Notes under the pieces: generated by a model | The model's input: only the letters and a program-made list of their open reading frames with translations | The model's database searches: none | Told to the model about the DNA's origin: nothing | Assembly: GCA_026025795.1 (NCBI GenBank) | Contig: JAPEUG010000124.1 | Span: 1-40,757 of the forward strand | Reading direction: 5' to 3' | DNA from: Thelocarpon superellum | Lineage: Eukaryota | Length of the DNA: 40,757 nt | Made by a program: the position numbers and the translations under genes | In this document: in pieces, positions 10,453 through 23,892 of the stretch | Numbering within the stretch: position 1 is the stretch's first letter | Layout of the letters: each line of letters opens with the position of its first letter

Positions 10453-10956
10453 TATGAATACTGGACCTGGTCTCTCGAGGGAAGCTGGTGACAGCCGCAC
10501 GCCGATAAACCACTCAAAAGGGCTCTACAACGAGCTCATCTCGACGAAACAATGCCCACTCTTCAGGATCGTGACATTCCTGTGCAGAGAGTCGTGATTG
10601 GGCTCGGGACGTGACGTGGCCGTGAATGCGATGGACAAGGAGAAGGACTTGGTCTTGTACTTGGTCCTACACTATCTTCCATCTCAGTGGCTGGGGAATT
10701 GATCGAGCTGGACCAGGCAATTCGTCACACCATGCCCGCCGCCACCACCACCAACGGATCCGTGCACGACTTCCATGCCCATCTTACGAAAGGTGGTGAG
10801 AAGGTCATCTGGATTACTACCTTTTCGATAGGCCAAAGGGCTTGAGTACGGTTCACAGGATCCCGTGGAATACATGGCACCTAGCAATGTCCGGCCCCGC
10901 CCCCGCCAATGCTGTAGCACACCAGGGACGCTGGGCTACCTAAAACTCTCACCCAG

Positions 10957-13613
10957 CTAGTCGTCATCCTCAATATCGTCATCGCTCAGAACAAGTCGTG
11001 CAATACTCTGCTCGTCCGGTCGAGCAGGTCCAAGGGTGGAACCAAGCTGCTTCCGCGGATCTCGTGGTTTGGTCGTTGGTCGAGCAGCGAGTGGTCCATC
11101 TTCCACGGGCCGGTCCGTCGCCCAGTCCGATGTCCCGTTCGCCTCATCCTCGTCATCAGGGATCGCATCGTTTTGACCGTCGATGCCGCGAAAGGTTGTG
11201 ATGCTCTCCAATTGGCGACGAGGCGTGGGGTCGAGCGACGTTTTTGGGGCGATCTTGGCCAGGTAGGGTAAACGCTCGAGGATCATCTCCTGTCGGTCTG
11301 CTCGTCCACCCATCCCCGACATCGCGCTCTCCGGAGACGCAGGGGCGCTATCGCCAGTTGGGGGAACGCGGTACCCGGAAAAGCCAGGAGCCGCACTCGT
11401 CCACGACTGCACCACGCCCGCCGTGGTGGCCCGGTCGGTGCCAGCAGACGTGGTAGATACCCTGTCCAGCGGACCACCAGGTTGCTGGAAGCGACGGATC
11501 CAGGTGTCCACCAGGCCGCCCGTCTCCTCCGTCTGTCGCCACAGGCGTGATGAGGTAGGATAGAACATCTTGAAGACGTCGTTCGACCGTCCACCACCAA
11601 CGCCGCCGCCGCTACGAGACCCGGTCGAGAGGGCCCCGGCGGTAAAGGCGCGTCGCTTGACGGGGTGGGGGAGAGCAAATAGCATGCTGCGAACGGCCAC
11701 TTGAAAGCTCATCTCATCCTGTCGCATGGCATCCGAGGCGGTGCCGGGAGCGGCCCCGCCACCCCGGCCCGCGCCGAGGTCACTCTTCCAGTGCAGACAC
11801 AACAGGTCGCTGTTGGAAAGACCATCGACGCAGCCATTGATGGCGTCGAACATGGCTTCGATCGATGGCCCGTCGCACGACGGCAGGTAGTTCTCGTGCA
11901 GTGCGGCGAGGAAGGTGGACGTGTCTGTGCCAGTCTCATCAATCAGCTCATCGATCTGGACCTGCGATAGCTTCGGCCGTGCGTGACTTGAAAGGTGATC
12001 TGGTAAGAGCGTCTCAGGGCTCGTCATCGCAGGGGTGGCCACGGGGTCATCCCGTTTATTATACACCACCTTCCCAACGGCGTGGAAGATACCCAGGCTG
12101 GCCTCGCGCTGCGTGACCAGCTCGAGTGATTCCCGTTCCATCTTCGTCAGTGCGCTGGCGTCGGTCCGCGGTCGCTTGGAGGCGCCAAAGGCCACACTTG
12201 CGCCCCAGTCCTCTTCTTCGTCGCCCCGCAGGCAGAGAAATTCGAGAGAGCCTACGGCGCTTCTGATGTCGCCCACCTCCGCGAGTTTCTCTAGCACCCT
12301 AGGGCCGGGAGTCTTCCGTCTGCCAGACCGCCGTGATTCTTTCTGTACGATGAGACCCAGTGCTTTGGTCAGTAAGGTGCGTGCGATCGGATTGAATTCC
12401 ACAACCGAGACGGCCGGGTGGTGCAAGATGTCGGATCCAAGCAGCCGGTGGGCCGTAAAGCTGTCCGCAGCCGCCGAGCTGGTCGTCAACAGCGTCTCGG
12501 AGATGATCATGACCATGGGTGGGCTCGAGTCCGTCAGCGAGGCGGGGGACCGCCACTTGGCCGTTGCCGCCGCCGCGGCCGAGGCGAGATATTGGTGCAC
12601 GGCAGCGCGAAAGGATTGCAAGGCTGTGGAGGCGCGGGTGAAGGTGTTGGGGAACTCCTCAACCAGCACAATCTTTCGACGACTTGTGGGCTGCACCGGC
12701 GGCCCTTCGGCCTCGGTCAAGGCGAGGGCGCCGTAGGTGGCACTTCGCCCAATGAATTCCTCAAATTGGGCCGACATGGAGGAATATCCCTCACTCGTGG
12801 CCACGCTCCCCACCGGGTTTCGCCACTCCAGTATCTCGACGTCCATCGCCTGCGACAACAGATGGATGGCGGTCGTCTTTCCCGTTCCGGCCGGTCCTTT
12901 CAAGATCAGGAGTTTCTATCAAGTCCAGGTCAGATCTCGTCGTCGTACAAGGGTGAGATACACACCTGCCGCGTGGGTCCTCGTAGGCCATCCTGTAGCC
13001 AAGCTCGAACATCGGCCACTTTCTTCCGGTGGACCGCGAGCTCCTCGAGCGAGGTCGGCCCGTACTTTTCCGCCCATGGCCGTCGATCCAGCTCTTGAAG
13101 TCTCGTCCCTGGCTCCTCGCCCGGGGTTACCGAACCTGGTGGGGCCTTGAACCTGCGGCTCATCTGGATCACGTCCGATGGAATCTTCCGCCGGAGACTC
13201 GAGCCATGGCCTGCCTGGGTCGACGGGAGGTCGTCGTCTAGCGAGTCATCTTGAATCAGGTCCTCGTCGGGCTCGTCGGGCTCGTCGAGGACGGAGGTAG
13301 AGGGCCCAGTGCTGAGTGTGCTGTGAGCCGCTGCGGCGAAAAAGGTGGCAATAGATCGACCATTGGCCTGCGTTCCGTGGACGGCGTCGGCTTTCTTTGG
13401 AGAGGCCCGCGTCGTTCTCGAAGCGGTCCTGCCTCGTTTAGAATCGCCTTTAAAGGGGCTTGGAGGTTTGACATTCTCCGCTTCAACCTGAGTCTTCTTG
13501 GCCGCGATACGCCCGGAGATCGATGTCGAGCCATCGGGAGCATCGGATCCGTGATGGGGCAATGACGACGGCACAACGAGGCGCTTCTGCCGTTTCGCCG
13601 GACGAGCGGCCAT
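10957..13613 (-). CDS. RAD17: Checkpoint clamp-loader subunit Rad17 (S. cerevisiae Rad24), ~868 aa; intron 12916-12965
   Basis: PWAEKYGPTSLEELAVHRKKV, Walker A LKGPAGTGKTT, Walker-B-like VLVEEFP, GDIRSA sensor, IFHAVGKVVYNKR, LHENY and an acidic C-terminus LVLSDDDIEDDD. A 50-bp GTGTGT..CTGAC..TAG intron joins PTRQ|KLLILKG. Confidence 0.95.
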
Positions 13614-14269
13614 GCCGGGCGGCGATTCTGCGTCGGAGGGCGGTGGTCGGCATTCCCTCTTCAGCACGGGGACCTTCTTTGTGGCCTACGATGGGCCATC
13701 ACGAATCGCTTCACTTCTCCACTTGATGGGCGTGCGGGGGTCCCAAGTCGAGATACGCCGAGCTATTCACCACCTATCTCGTCGTCCATTCTCTTGTTTA
13801 CCAGCTGGAGTTGCGTCTTCGGCTGCGCAATGTATTACGTAAGCAACGTCACTCCGCCGCCGCCGCCACCAACGCGATCAGAATCCGTCCAGGTTACGGG
13901 ATGGGACGCAGCAGCGGTCTGGGGAAATTACTCTGTGGTGATGCTAGTGTACAGGGAAATAGAACCGGAGCGGGGCGGCGGACTGAGAGACAAGAGACGT
14001 CTCTTGTATCCTCAAGTGGAGAAGAGAGGGTCAAGACGACAGCATCCAGACCGTGATCTGGAGACAAGTGGACAACAAGGCAAGATGGTGGACCCAAGCA
14101 ACAGCAGCCGCAGCGGCACGAGAGACAAGAAGGCACACAGGGTCGCGCCAGGCCGGAACGACGTGCGACCGAGGTGCAGCAGGAACCGAGGAAGAATCGG
14201 CGGCAAGGGCTGGCTCCGGTGGTAGCCACACCCCAAATGGCTCGTCCCTGCGACTGATCTTCCGATGTA

Positions 14270-17200
14270 TCAGTATGGAAGATGATCGTGAGGATCATGC
14301 GGGTGATAGACGGGATTTTCGATCCGGATCAGACGCCGACGGTCGTCATACGCCGGTCCGCCCGGGAGGTCAGCCTCGAAGCGGGGATACGCGTGCAGGA
14401 CCTCGCGAGACTCGGGCGGGTTGACGAGAAATCCACCATGGCTAGGCGCAGCATGCGCCGGCACACGTCGCACAGGCATGTATCCACCTCGCTCTTCATA
14501 CTCGGGCACATAGGCCATCCGGTCATCGGCGTAAGTAACATAGGCCTCGTGCATCGGTTGGGCGTACATCGGTCGCGCCTCCGTTGTGACTTGTTCCGGC
14601 CGCACGCTGGCCGGCGAACGGGCGCGGTAGACGGGCTCGCGTCCTGCGGGTCGTGGAACAGATGCACGCTCACGCTCACGCTCGCGCGCCGAGAAATCAC
14701 CCTCCTCAAGCCGTGCCACGGTCGCGCGCGGTGGCGATCGCGATCGGTCGCGCACTGGTGCAGGGTCGGTGCGCATGTGCTCATACCGTCCGTAGCGGCT
14801 CCGTGGCCGGCGCGCATGCTCAAGGCCCAGTCGCTCATGGGACCCGGCGTGATTTGGCGACGTAGGGTCGGGAGCGATGCCATCGCCAGGATGATCGTCC
14901 ACGAGATCATGCGTTGGTGCAGAGCGTCGAAGTGCCTCACGCTCCCCTTGACGCTCCCCTTGTCGCTCATGTGCTGGATGTGGGTGGGTGTTGGGCCTCT
15001 CTCCGGGCTGCAAGCTATTGAGAAAGCGTTCGGCGGCGGTGAGCCCCTCACTTGGTGACGAGGCGGGATGTGCATGTTCAGCGCCCTCGGCGCTTGGATC
15101 GCCGCGGACCTCGCCGTCTTCGGACCCTTCCTGTGCCGCAACAAGCTCGCGTGCCGGCGGGCGACGCGGGTCATGATGGCGCGGGATGGGCGAACCACGG
15201 GCCCGGGCACGGGATGGTCGGGAATGCTCGTCGGCGTGGCCACCGGCCCATCGTGCCGCCGCGCGGCTGGGGGGAACACGCGCGACGCTGTCCGCACCAT
15301 CGAAGGCGGGGGCGTCGGGATGGGCGGGTCGCCCTCCGTCGGCGGATCGAGTGCCGTGGGCGTCATATCGTCGCGACGAGGGCGGGGCGTGGGATTCCCC
15401 CTCAGCCGAGATCTCGTGGGAGGGATAGAGGTGGCCCGACGGTTGAGAGCGCCGCGCGTCGCGGGTCGCCGCGCGTCGGGGCTCGGGCGCTTCGCGATGC
15501 GATGAGGAACGGCTTAGGGGGACCATGCTCGTCTGGCGGTACGGCGGGGCATGTGGAGCCGGTCCTTCTCGCGTGTCAGCAACGGGACGGTCAATCGTTT
15601 TTGAGTCTCGATAAGGGGGCCCCGGGATAGGTCCAGTTGTGCTGGCCGAGCCGATGACGGGAAGGGGCCATTGGAAGGCTTCGTGAAAGACTTCGGCGAC
15701 TAGCCGGAGCTTGTCATCATCCATTCCGGGCGCATGGAGCAGCGCCGCGATGACGCCGCGGTCCGGGAGCTCGACCATATCTTCCTTCCAGTCCAGCATG
15801 GGCGACGGATATCCCGCCGGCGTCCCTCGTGGCGGGGCGGCGCGCTCCACGTGCACGGTCCGGAAGTGGTGTAGCAGGGCGGGCAAGGTATAGACCTTGC
15901 GATCGCCAGTGGGGATCCGCGGCGGATGTCCATGGCCGGTGCCGTTCCTGAGGCAGGCTCTGCACGCAATCCCATTGAAGCTGTTGAGCGGCCTCATCTT
16001 CGGATGGGTGGCCAGTCCATCCATGAACATAGCCAGACTAGGATCATTGAAAAACTTGGAACGAAAACGGGAAAGCGTGTGATGAATGATGACTTGGAGC
16101 CGGACACTGCTCGATAGATTCTTGATCCCGGACGTCGAGGACCACAGTCCCCGGGCAATGGTGGCCATTTCCTCGAGCTGCGTCTCATACATGCCCCCAG
16201 GGGCGCCGGGCATCCCGAGCGGCGCGGCCCCTGCGCCTGGCGCGGCGTAATTAGCAACCGCGGCGTACCGGTCATACTCCTGCGACGCCGGCGGATACCC
16301 GGCTGCATTCAGCGGCGCGCGACCAGGTATCGGCGAGGGATAGGCTGGCGCGGGGTAGGGCGATCCAAAGCCTGGGGAGCCGTGCGGCGGGTATGGTCCG
16401 GGGTACACCTCGTAACCAGGGACGCTGCCGTGCGGGCCGTACGGGTACATGGAGCCTGAGGGATAGTAACCTTGGAGGGATCCATTGTACGCGTTGGGCA
16501 TGGGTAACATCCCTTGGGAATAGTTGGCCGGCGCCGGCGGATGGTACTGGCCTGGGCTGAAGGGGGGGTATCGGTTCCGTCCTCCCGCGGCGGCAGGGTG
16601 TGGGCTGGCGCCCGCACCTTGAGCGAAAGATCCATGCTTGGCGGAGGCATAATGCGGGTGGGGAGGACCGCCCAGTCCGGAGGCATGGCTGGGCGTCGCT
16701 CCAACATAGATGGCGGCCTTGGCCAGGTTGGGGTCCGGTTGAAAGGGCGAATGCTCGGGCCACTCGGCCTTCCAGTGGACGACGATGCTGCCCTGGCTGA
16801 GGGCGTTAGTATGTTTGGCGGCAAAATGCTGGATGACGCCCTCGAAGCCATAGAACTTGGCCGGGTGTTCACAGCCATGACACAGGAAGAGCTCCTTCCG
16901 GTACTGTTCCGTCAGAGGGCGCAGCTTCTGGTCGAAGACCCATTTCATGTTTTCCAGGATCAAGCGTTGGTGAGCCGGGGCCCTGCTGGCGCCGGCACCC
17001 TCGGGATCCGCGCCGTGGCGGGAAGTGACCTCCTCATAGTAGCGTTTGCGGACTTCGATCAAGACGTCCGCGGCAAACCTGGGGCTCGAATCCTTGGTGA
17101 TCCGATCGCGCGGCCAGCGCTCACGGATGATGTCGTCGGTCAGTCGGCCCAAGCGTTCCCGGATGGGCTGTTGGGCCTCCTCCCATTCCTTGTCCTGCAG

Positions 17201-19002
17201 CTCGCGGGCCTCGCGAGCGCTGGCTTCCTGCTGACGACGCTCCTCGATCTTGGCTTGGGACAGGACGCTCTGGGCGAGTCGTTCGCGCTCGATCCGTTCG
17301 GCGGTATCACGCTGAGCGACAAGCAGCGGGCGTAAGACGAACCACTGGCCCTCGGTCAGCGGCATGGAGATCTGCATGGCGTTCTGAAAGGATTCCATGT
17401 GGTTCAAGACCGCTGGGCCGATGGGCGGCGAGAGCATCTGGCAACGTCGCTCGATCTCGGCCCGTCGTGTGGCCTTGAGCTCGGTGACCTCGCGCATGCT
17501 GCGCTCCACCCGCGGCTGCTTGAAGGAGCCGTGGGCCGGATGCGGCGCGCCATTCTGGCTCGGTGAGGAGGAGTCCCGTGGGGGGAGCGTCGAGGCTAGC
17601 ACACCATGAGATGGATCGTGTGTCAATTTCTGAGAGCGGTCTGACTTACGGGTACGCGCGGATTCCCCGGTCATGTCTACCAAAAGCCGCGGACTGGCCA
17701 TAGAACCCGGTCTCGTAGACGTGGGGATGCTATCGCCCGGAGTGGCCCGGCCGGAGGCATGTGGCTCCGACAGGTCATGCAGATGTGAGGAAGGAGCGCC
17801 GTGGGTGGCAATTGGGGGCCGCTCAACGGAGCGCTTGGCCATCTTAACTTGCACCTTAGTCCAACCGCTCGAGGACTCCCATCGCTCCCATCGGGATGCG
17901 TCGGCGATGCGCTCTTTTCCGCGGCTGGCCAAACCCTTCAGCCACTCTTCGGTGGAGGCAGGGCCGAGGGCCTTGACCTCATTGAACTCCTGCGTAATGT
18001 CATCGATATGGTCACGAAGAAAATGCTTCGTCATCTGCAAGGTGGCATGAGTGACGGCGAGCGAGAGGGCCGTCGGCGTGATGACATGTACTTGCGGTGT
18101 GAGGAAGACAAACGGGAGGGCGGCGAGGAGGGCGAAGGGAATGGACGCCGAGGTCAGGAGGTCAATCTCCTGTCCACTCCGTCAGCATCTTGGAGGGCTT
18201 GCCGTGCGTTCTGCGCTAGGTGGCTCACCTTGTCTGATCGCTCGAGAAGACATGATCCGCAGCTCCGCAGGCGAAAGGGCCAGATGGGACGGACTCGATT
18301 CTCTCCCAGCGCGGGCTCCCATGGGTGATCAGGGCGCGAGACATAGGGCGCGGTGATGGCGGAGGCGAGGTCTCGTTTCCCGCAAAAGTGACAGGACTTC
18401 CCACCGACCAATCTCCACATGTCTAGCTCCGTGAAGCCACTCAAGGGTTTGGGCATCTCCGGCAGGAAGCGTCGCCGTGATGCCACCCAGATGGCATTCG
18501 CCGTATCATGCGGGGCACCGGTCGAGCGCGAGGGCGTGAGCCATGCCCGAAAGTGGGAGCTCACCCGGAGAAGCGTGGCCAGGTCTGGTGGCGGGACGAA
18601 GGGAAAGACGTGTTGCCAGATTTCAGGTGTCAGCGATGATCGATCCTGAGGCCGCGGAGCCGAGCGCGCATGATCGCTCCGCTTGAGACGTTTCGGCTGG
18701 TGTCGCTCGACGGATTCATGGTCGAAGCTCCGAGGGCTCGCAGGGGTCCGGTGTGTAGGATCGTGACCGTTGGTGTACGGATTGCCTCCAGGCAGGACCG
18801 GACTTCGCCGCTCGGGCGAGGCGGGGCGTTTGTGGTGGCGAGGCGAGGTGTCGGGACGGTCCGCATCGGCAAGGTCGTCGCCTGATGAGATCTCGCCTTC
18901 CTCAATGCTGTCTTGGTCATTTGGCCGCGACGAGGAGGTCGGCGTCGGCGATGCGCTCGAGGCGGAGGGATTCAGCACGAGAAAGTCTTCTGTGACCGCC
19001 AT
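14270..19002 (-). CDS. Large F-box-like / zinc-finger protein of unknown function, ~1539 aa; introns 18170-18228 and probably 17596-17649
   Basis: F-box-like LTPEIWQHVFPFVPPPDLATLLRVSSHFR. CxxC pairs (CHFC, CGSC). C2H2-like motifs LCHGC..IQHFAAKH and CRAC..LHHFRTVH. Coiled-coil region, Pro/Tyr-rich linker and disordered Arg-rich tail. Intron GTGAGC..CTGAC..CAG joins ERSDK|EIDLL in frame with the 1256-aa ORF. Confidence 0.85.
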
Positions 19003-20648
19003 AGCGGACGGCGAGCGCCGATGCGACAGGCGTAAGGTACGTTTCGCGCGGCCGCGGAAGGAGCGGAGTGGAGACACGGAGTGAACGGAGTGAACGGAGT
19101 GAAATCAGCAACACGCCAGGGCCGGCGAGAATGCAGAGCGAGGGACGATAGACAACTGCATTCCCTTCTAGCGCGATAGGAGACTGCAGATAGAGACGGA
19201 AGTGTGAGGGCAAGCACGTCTTGCCAACACTCGCAGAGAGAATTGCCACCTTGCGTGTTCCTTCGGCCAACACTTGGATTGTTGGTCGCTCAGGCGCGTT
19301 GCCAACAGCAGCGTCCAAGAAGCTGGGAAGCGGCGGGCTTGCCGTTTCTTCTTGGAGCTGCGCCAGCGACTGCGGAGACGATGTTGTGCGCGCGATCCGG
19401 TTAGGTAGCGGGATCGAGTGCAAGGGGGAGCAGGAGGAGGAGGGCGGGAGCGGCCGAGACTCGACACCGTCTCGGAGAAGGGACTTCAGTGCACCGGAGC
19501 TGAAGGAGCGGAGGAGAGTCCTGGTGGATGCACCCCAACGTAGATGAGTCCGTCACGGGAGCGGCCGAGGTGGGGACATGCTTCCGGTATGTAGGCAAAG
19601 AGAAGGAATGGTCATGGAAACCGTCACCGGCGATGATCGGAGTGGCAGCAGTACGAAGTCGCCGGTACAGTGCAATCAGTGCGGGTCAAGCAAATTGGTC
19701 GACGAGACCGTTGAATCCTTGGCGAGACTTTGCTGTTCACCACGAACCACAGATTATTACGGAGTGCACGGCAGACCATCTCATCCTCGCAACTCTTCGC
19801 TAGTAACCGCAGGTAAGAGCAGCGAAACCATTTCGCGGCTTGAACAGAGTAGGGCTGCAGAAATGATTGGTCAGGGCCTGCCGAAGGCCCAAAGTCGGTC
19901 ACGGGAGGTTGGCGTGCAGATTTCATGCGGGGGCACACAGGCACCGTAGGCACACTCATACGGTATCCCGCGTCGACGATTTTGGCACGCCGGATGGAGG
20001 CAGGGTGGATACTGACGTCTGACAGCGCAGGTCAAACATCGCGCGAGAACGGCTACCGGTCTGGGGTCCTCTCTCAAGGGCCTGGAGAACGCGTACTACT
20101 ACGGTGAAGCATCGGCCGACAGCCAACGGCCAACGGCCAACTGCCAGGTGCCAATTCCGCACTGCTCCTTGCGACAGACCAGAGACCAAGACAGGGACCT
20201 CGTAATATTACTATTCGCCCTCCGTGCTCCATACGAGGACCTTAAACGCGGTGCTCTGCTCAGAATCAATGTCTTAGGGTGGTGCTCGTACCCCGAGCGT
20301 CTGGCCTTGGGAGAATCGATTGCCGTACAAGTATAGTGGGGGGCGGGTAATTGCCGGTGTAAGCGACGTCAGCCCCCAGACAATCGAGCTCGCGGCACGA
20401 AGGGCGAAGATCCGCCGCAGCATCCTCGGCGCAGCGGACTCGGTCTTGAATCCGACGGCGGGCGAGTACGAGTCCTCGGAGGCAGCATAACATCAGGTTC
20501 TCTAACGCCATCCCTCCTCCTTCTCCGCCATTCTCGCCCGTCTGCGTTCATAACCCCGCCCCTCCCGGACTGAAATGATCCTCATCCGACGATCGAGGTG
20601 AAGACGCTCCTGAACTCCGGCACCTCGTCATCACCCCAGGGAGCAAGC

Positions 20649-23224
20649 ATGGCCACGCTAAACCTATCTACCAACGGCCCGTCCATCACCAAGAGCTATC
20701 AGTCCGTCGTCGATGCACCACCGCCCACTGGTCCCGCGGCCTCCTCATCCACTTACGGACAGTGGGCCGTTTTCTCGGTGTCCGCCCCTTTAGCCACTGC
20801 CTTCGAGCAGAGTGCCAGCGGCAAGGAGAGTGTGTTAAAGGTGCAGAGCACCGGCGGTATGGGGACCCTCTCAACCCAGCCCAGGCCGTTCGTCACCATG
20901 GGTCGGACGCTCAGCTAACGAATGCATGGCTACAGCGGGCGAGTTGGTGGATTTGATCGAGGAATTCTCAGATGGACGAATTCAATTCGCCTTCGTCAAG
21001 GTCAAAGACCCCAACACTGCGCTGCCCAAATTTGCCCTCATTGGTTGGTGCGGCGAAGGCGTGCCAGAGCGCACCAAGGGCTACTTCACCAGTCATCTGG
21101 CTGCGGTGGGCAACACCCTGCGCGGCTACCACGTCCAAATCACCGCCCGCACCGACCGAGACCTCACTCCTGAAGGCATCATGCAGAAAGTGTCAGATGC
21201 GTCGGGCTCCAAGTACTCAGGGGGCAGTGCATCCTCGACGTCGGCGTCATCCGGACCACCCCCACCCATTGCCTCCAAGCCCGTCTTCACCCCTACTCGC
21301 GTCAGCAGCAGCGGCGGGGGAAGTGGATTCAACCCCCTGGCTGGCGCGCGATCCCGTCCCGGTGCAGCCAAGAACGCCAACGTCGATGCCGACGGCTGGG
21401 GACAGGATGCACCGCCCGTTACGCGCACGCAGCTGGAGAAAGTCCCGTCGGCCTATAACCCCACCAAGGTCAACATGAGCGAGCTGACCCGGCAGAAAGA
21501 AGCCCCGTCACGCTTCACGCCTACCGTCACAGACACGCCTGACACCAGGGCTGATGTCGTCAAGGGCGCCTATCAGCCCGTGGGAAAGGTCGACATCGCT
21601 GCCCTCCGCCGGCAGGCCCAAACGTCCAGCACGAGCCAGGATGACCGTCCGACGACGGTCAAGGGCGCCTACGAACCCGTCGGCAAGGTTGACATTGCCG
21701 CAATCCGGGCCCGAGCACAGCCTCCTCAGCTCCACGATGCCGCTCCGGCCGCGGGACCAATCGCACCCGTGACTGTGGGGACTGCGACGGCGACCGCAAC
21801 GCCATCAGAACGGCTTACGTCGCTCCCTAAGCCACGCGTGGCCAATAAGTTTGGCTCCGGCGTGGCCAGCTTCACTGGGACCAGAGCCCCGACGCCAGGA
21901 GGCTTTGGGACCGATCTCAAATCTCCCCCAGCCGCGCCTCCGGTCGGTGCGGCAAGTCGGACATTTGCGGATGAGGGCGGCAAGACCCCGGCACAGCTCT
22001 GGGCCGAGAAGAAGGCCCGCGAGCGGGGCGTCAGTGGCACCAACGAGACGCCCTCCGCGACCGCGATCGGTGGACCGCCGTCGCCGATGGCGAGCCAGAA
22101 GAGTGGCGGCGAGTGGAAGAGCGGCTATTCGGGCAAGAGCTGGGCGCCTGTGGCCACGACTGCCACTGGACGCTCGGGTACCAGCAGCCTCGGTCAGCAG
22201 CGGACCGGACCGGACGACGAGCCGGCCGACGACGGCGTCACGTCCCCGGCCGGTGGGGTAGGGGCGCTTCGTGACCGCTTCAAAGGAGCGGCGCCCATGG
22301 GTGCTCCCACTTCCGCCCCCGGCTCGACGGATGATGGCCATGCGCCCGCCCCGCCTCCGCTGAACACGTCGAATAAGCCGAACGCTGGCGTGCCCATGCC
22401 CGGCTTGCCGATGCGTCCACGGCAGGTGGAGGCCGCGACGATCCCACCACCGCCCGCGGTACCTCGAAGTCCAACACCGCCCACGCCACCGGCCATGGAA
22501 TCGGGATCGCCGATCCGCATCGTCATGCCCATCGGCCGGGGCAACGACGCCGACGTGGAACCGCCGGAGGAACGGTTGGACCCACCTGCCTTTCCCACCG
22601 CGTCTCTCGCCCAGGTCGCGCCGCATGAGGACGAGCTTACGGAGGAGCCCGTGGGACACGACCCGGCCCGCGGCGCCGGCGAGGCGGTGGCGGGGGCATC
22701 TTTTGGTGCTGGCGCCTCAGCCCCATCGGGCAGTGGCAAGCGCGCGCTCGTGCAATACGACTACGAAAAGGCCGAGGATAACGAGCTGGACCTTAAGGAA
22801 GGCGAATACGTCACCAACATTGACATGGTCGATGAAGACTGGTGGATGGGCGAGAACGCACACGGCGAGACGGGTCTCTTTCCGAGCAACTACGTCGAGC
22901 TCGTTGAAAGCGAGGAGGCCCAGGCTCCGGTGCCTGAGCCCCACGTTCATCACGAGCCTGAACCAGTCCCGGCTGCGCCTACTCGGGCCGAGGGGCCCAG
23001 CGCCGTCGCGCTTTATGATTATGAGGCGGCCGAGGACAACGAGCTGACATTTGCCGAGGGGTCCAAGATTGAGGGCCTGGTAAGTCATCTATCCGAACAC
23101 CCCGGCGGGGCGGACGGTGTATTGATGATTGCCATAGGAGTTCCCCGACGAGGATTGGTGGTTCGGACACCACAACGGGAAGAGTGGACTCTTCCCATCC
23201 AATTACGTCCAGCTCGAGGAGTGA
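20649..23224 (+). CDS. ABP1: Actin-binding protein Abp1/drebrin-like (ADF-H domain, Pro-rich region, two SH3 domains), ~812 aa; introns 20857-20935 and 23080-23137
   Basis: ADF-H domain FAFVKVKDPNTALPKFALIGWCGEGVP. SH3 #1 ALVQYDYEKAEDNEL..DWWMG..GLFPSNYVE. SH3 #2 ALYDYEAAEDNEL|EFPDEDWWFG..GLFPSNYVQLEE is completed only after splicing out the GTAAGT..TAG intron. Confidence 0.96.
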
Positions 23225-23892
23225 ACCATCGATGCATCGGAAGCCGGCCGGGTGTGTTTTAAGTAAAAAGCGCCTTGTTGTCTTCTAGCTCTCGTAGATG
23301 GCCATCTGCCGTGAAATCACACGAGTCTTGCATTTCATCTCTGGCATCGATCAATTCTATGGATTAGACGTACAAGCCATCCGATCGAGAGGCTACCCCA
23401 GCTAGCATCGTAAGATCTTCGGGGCTTCCTTGCATAACCCGGGCGTTCCAGTCGGAATGACTGCTGGCGTGCTGGGTAGGCTACGGTTCGCGACAGCGAC
23501 CCGCCGGTTGAAAAGCAAACGATTCCGGTATCGGCTCAGGCGATGACGAAGTGGAGAAAGAGTCGTAGATAATTGGCTCGCGGCACTGGCGCCGCTTGAA
23601 AGTGCTGATTAATCTAGTATGCGTGATGCGAGATGCGAGATGCTCAATGTCCATGACTGGCACAACTACAGGGCCTCTCCACTTCTCTTTACTTCTTTAC
23701 TTGAATTCTAGGATTCCTTGAATTCTCTTCCTCCCATCTGTTTATCAAATCCATTGCAGATGACTAGGAAGCAGCAATCCTACTGATTAAGTAGACCAGA
23801 AACCCGCAACATTCGTCCGGCCCGCATACCCCACCACCCCACTACGTCCCCTCGGTCAGCCAGGCGTGGTCCCATCTTCAGCGCGAGAGAAA

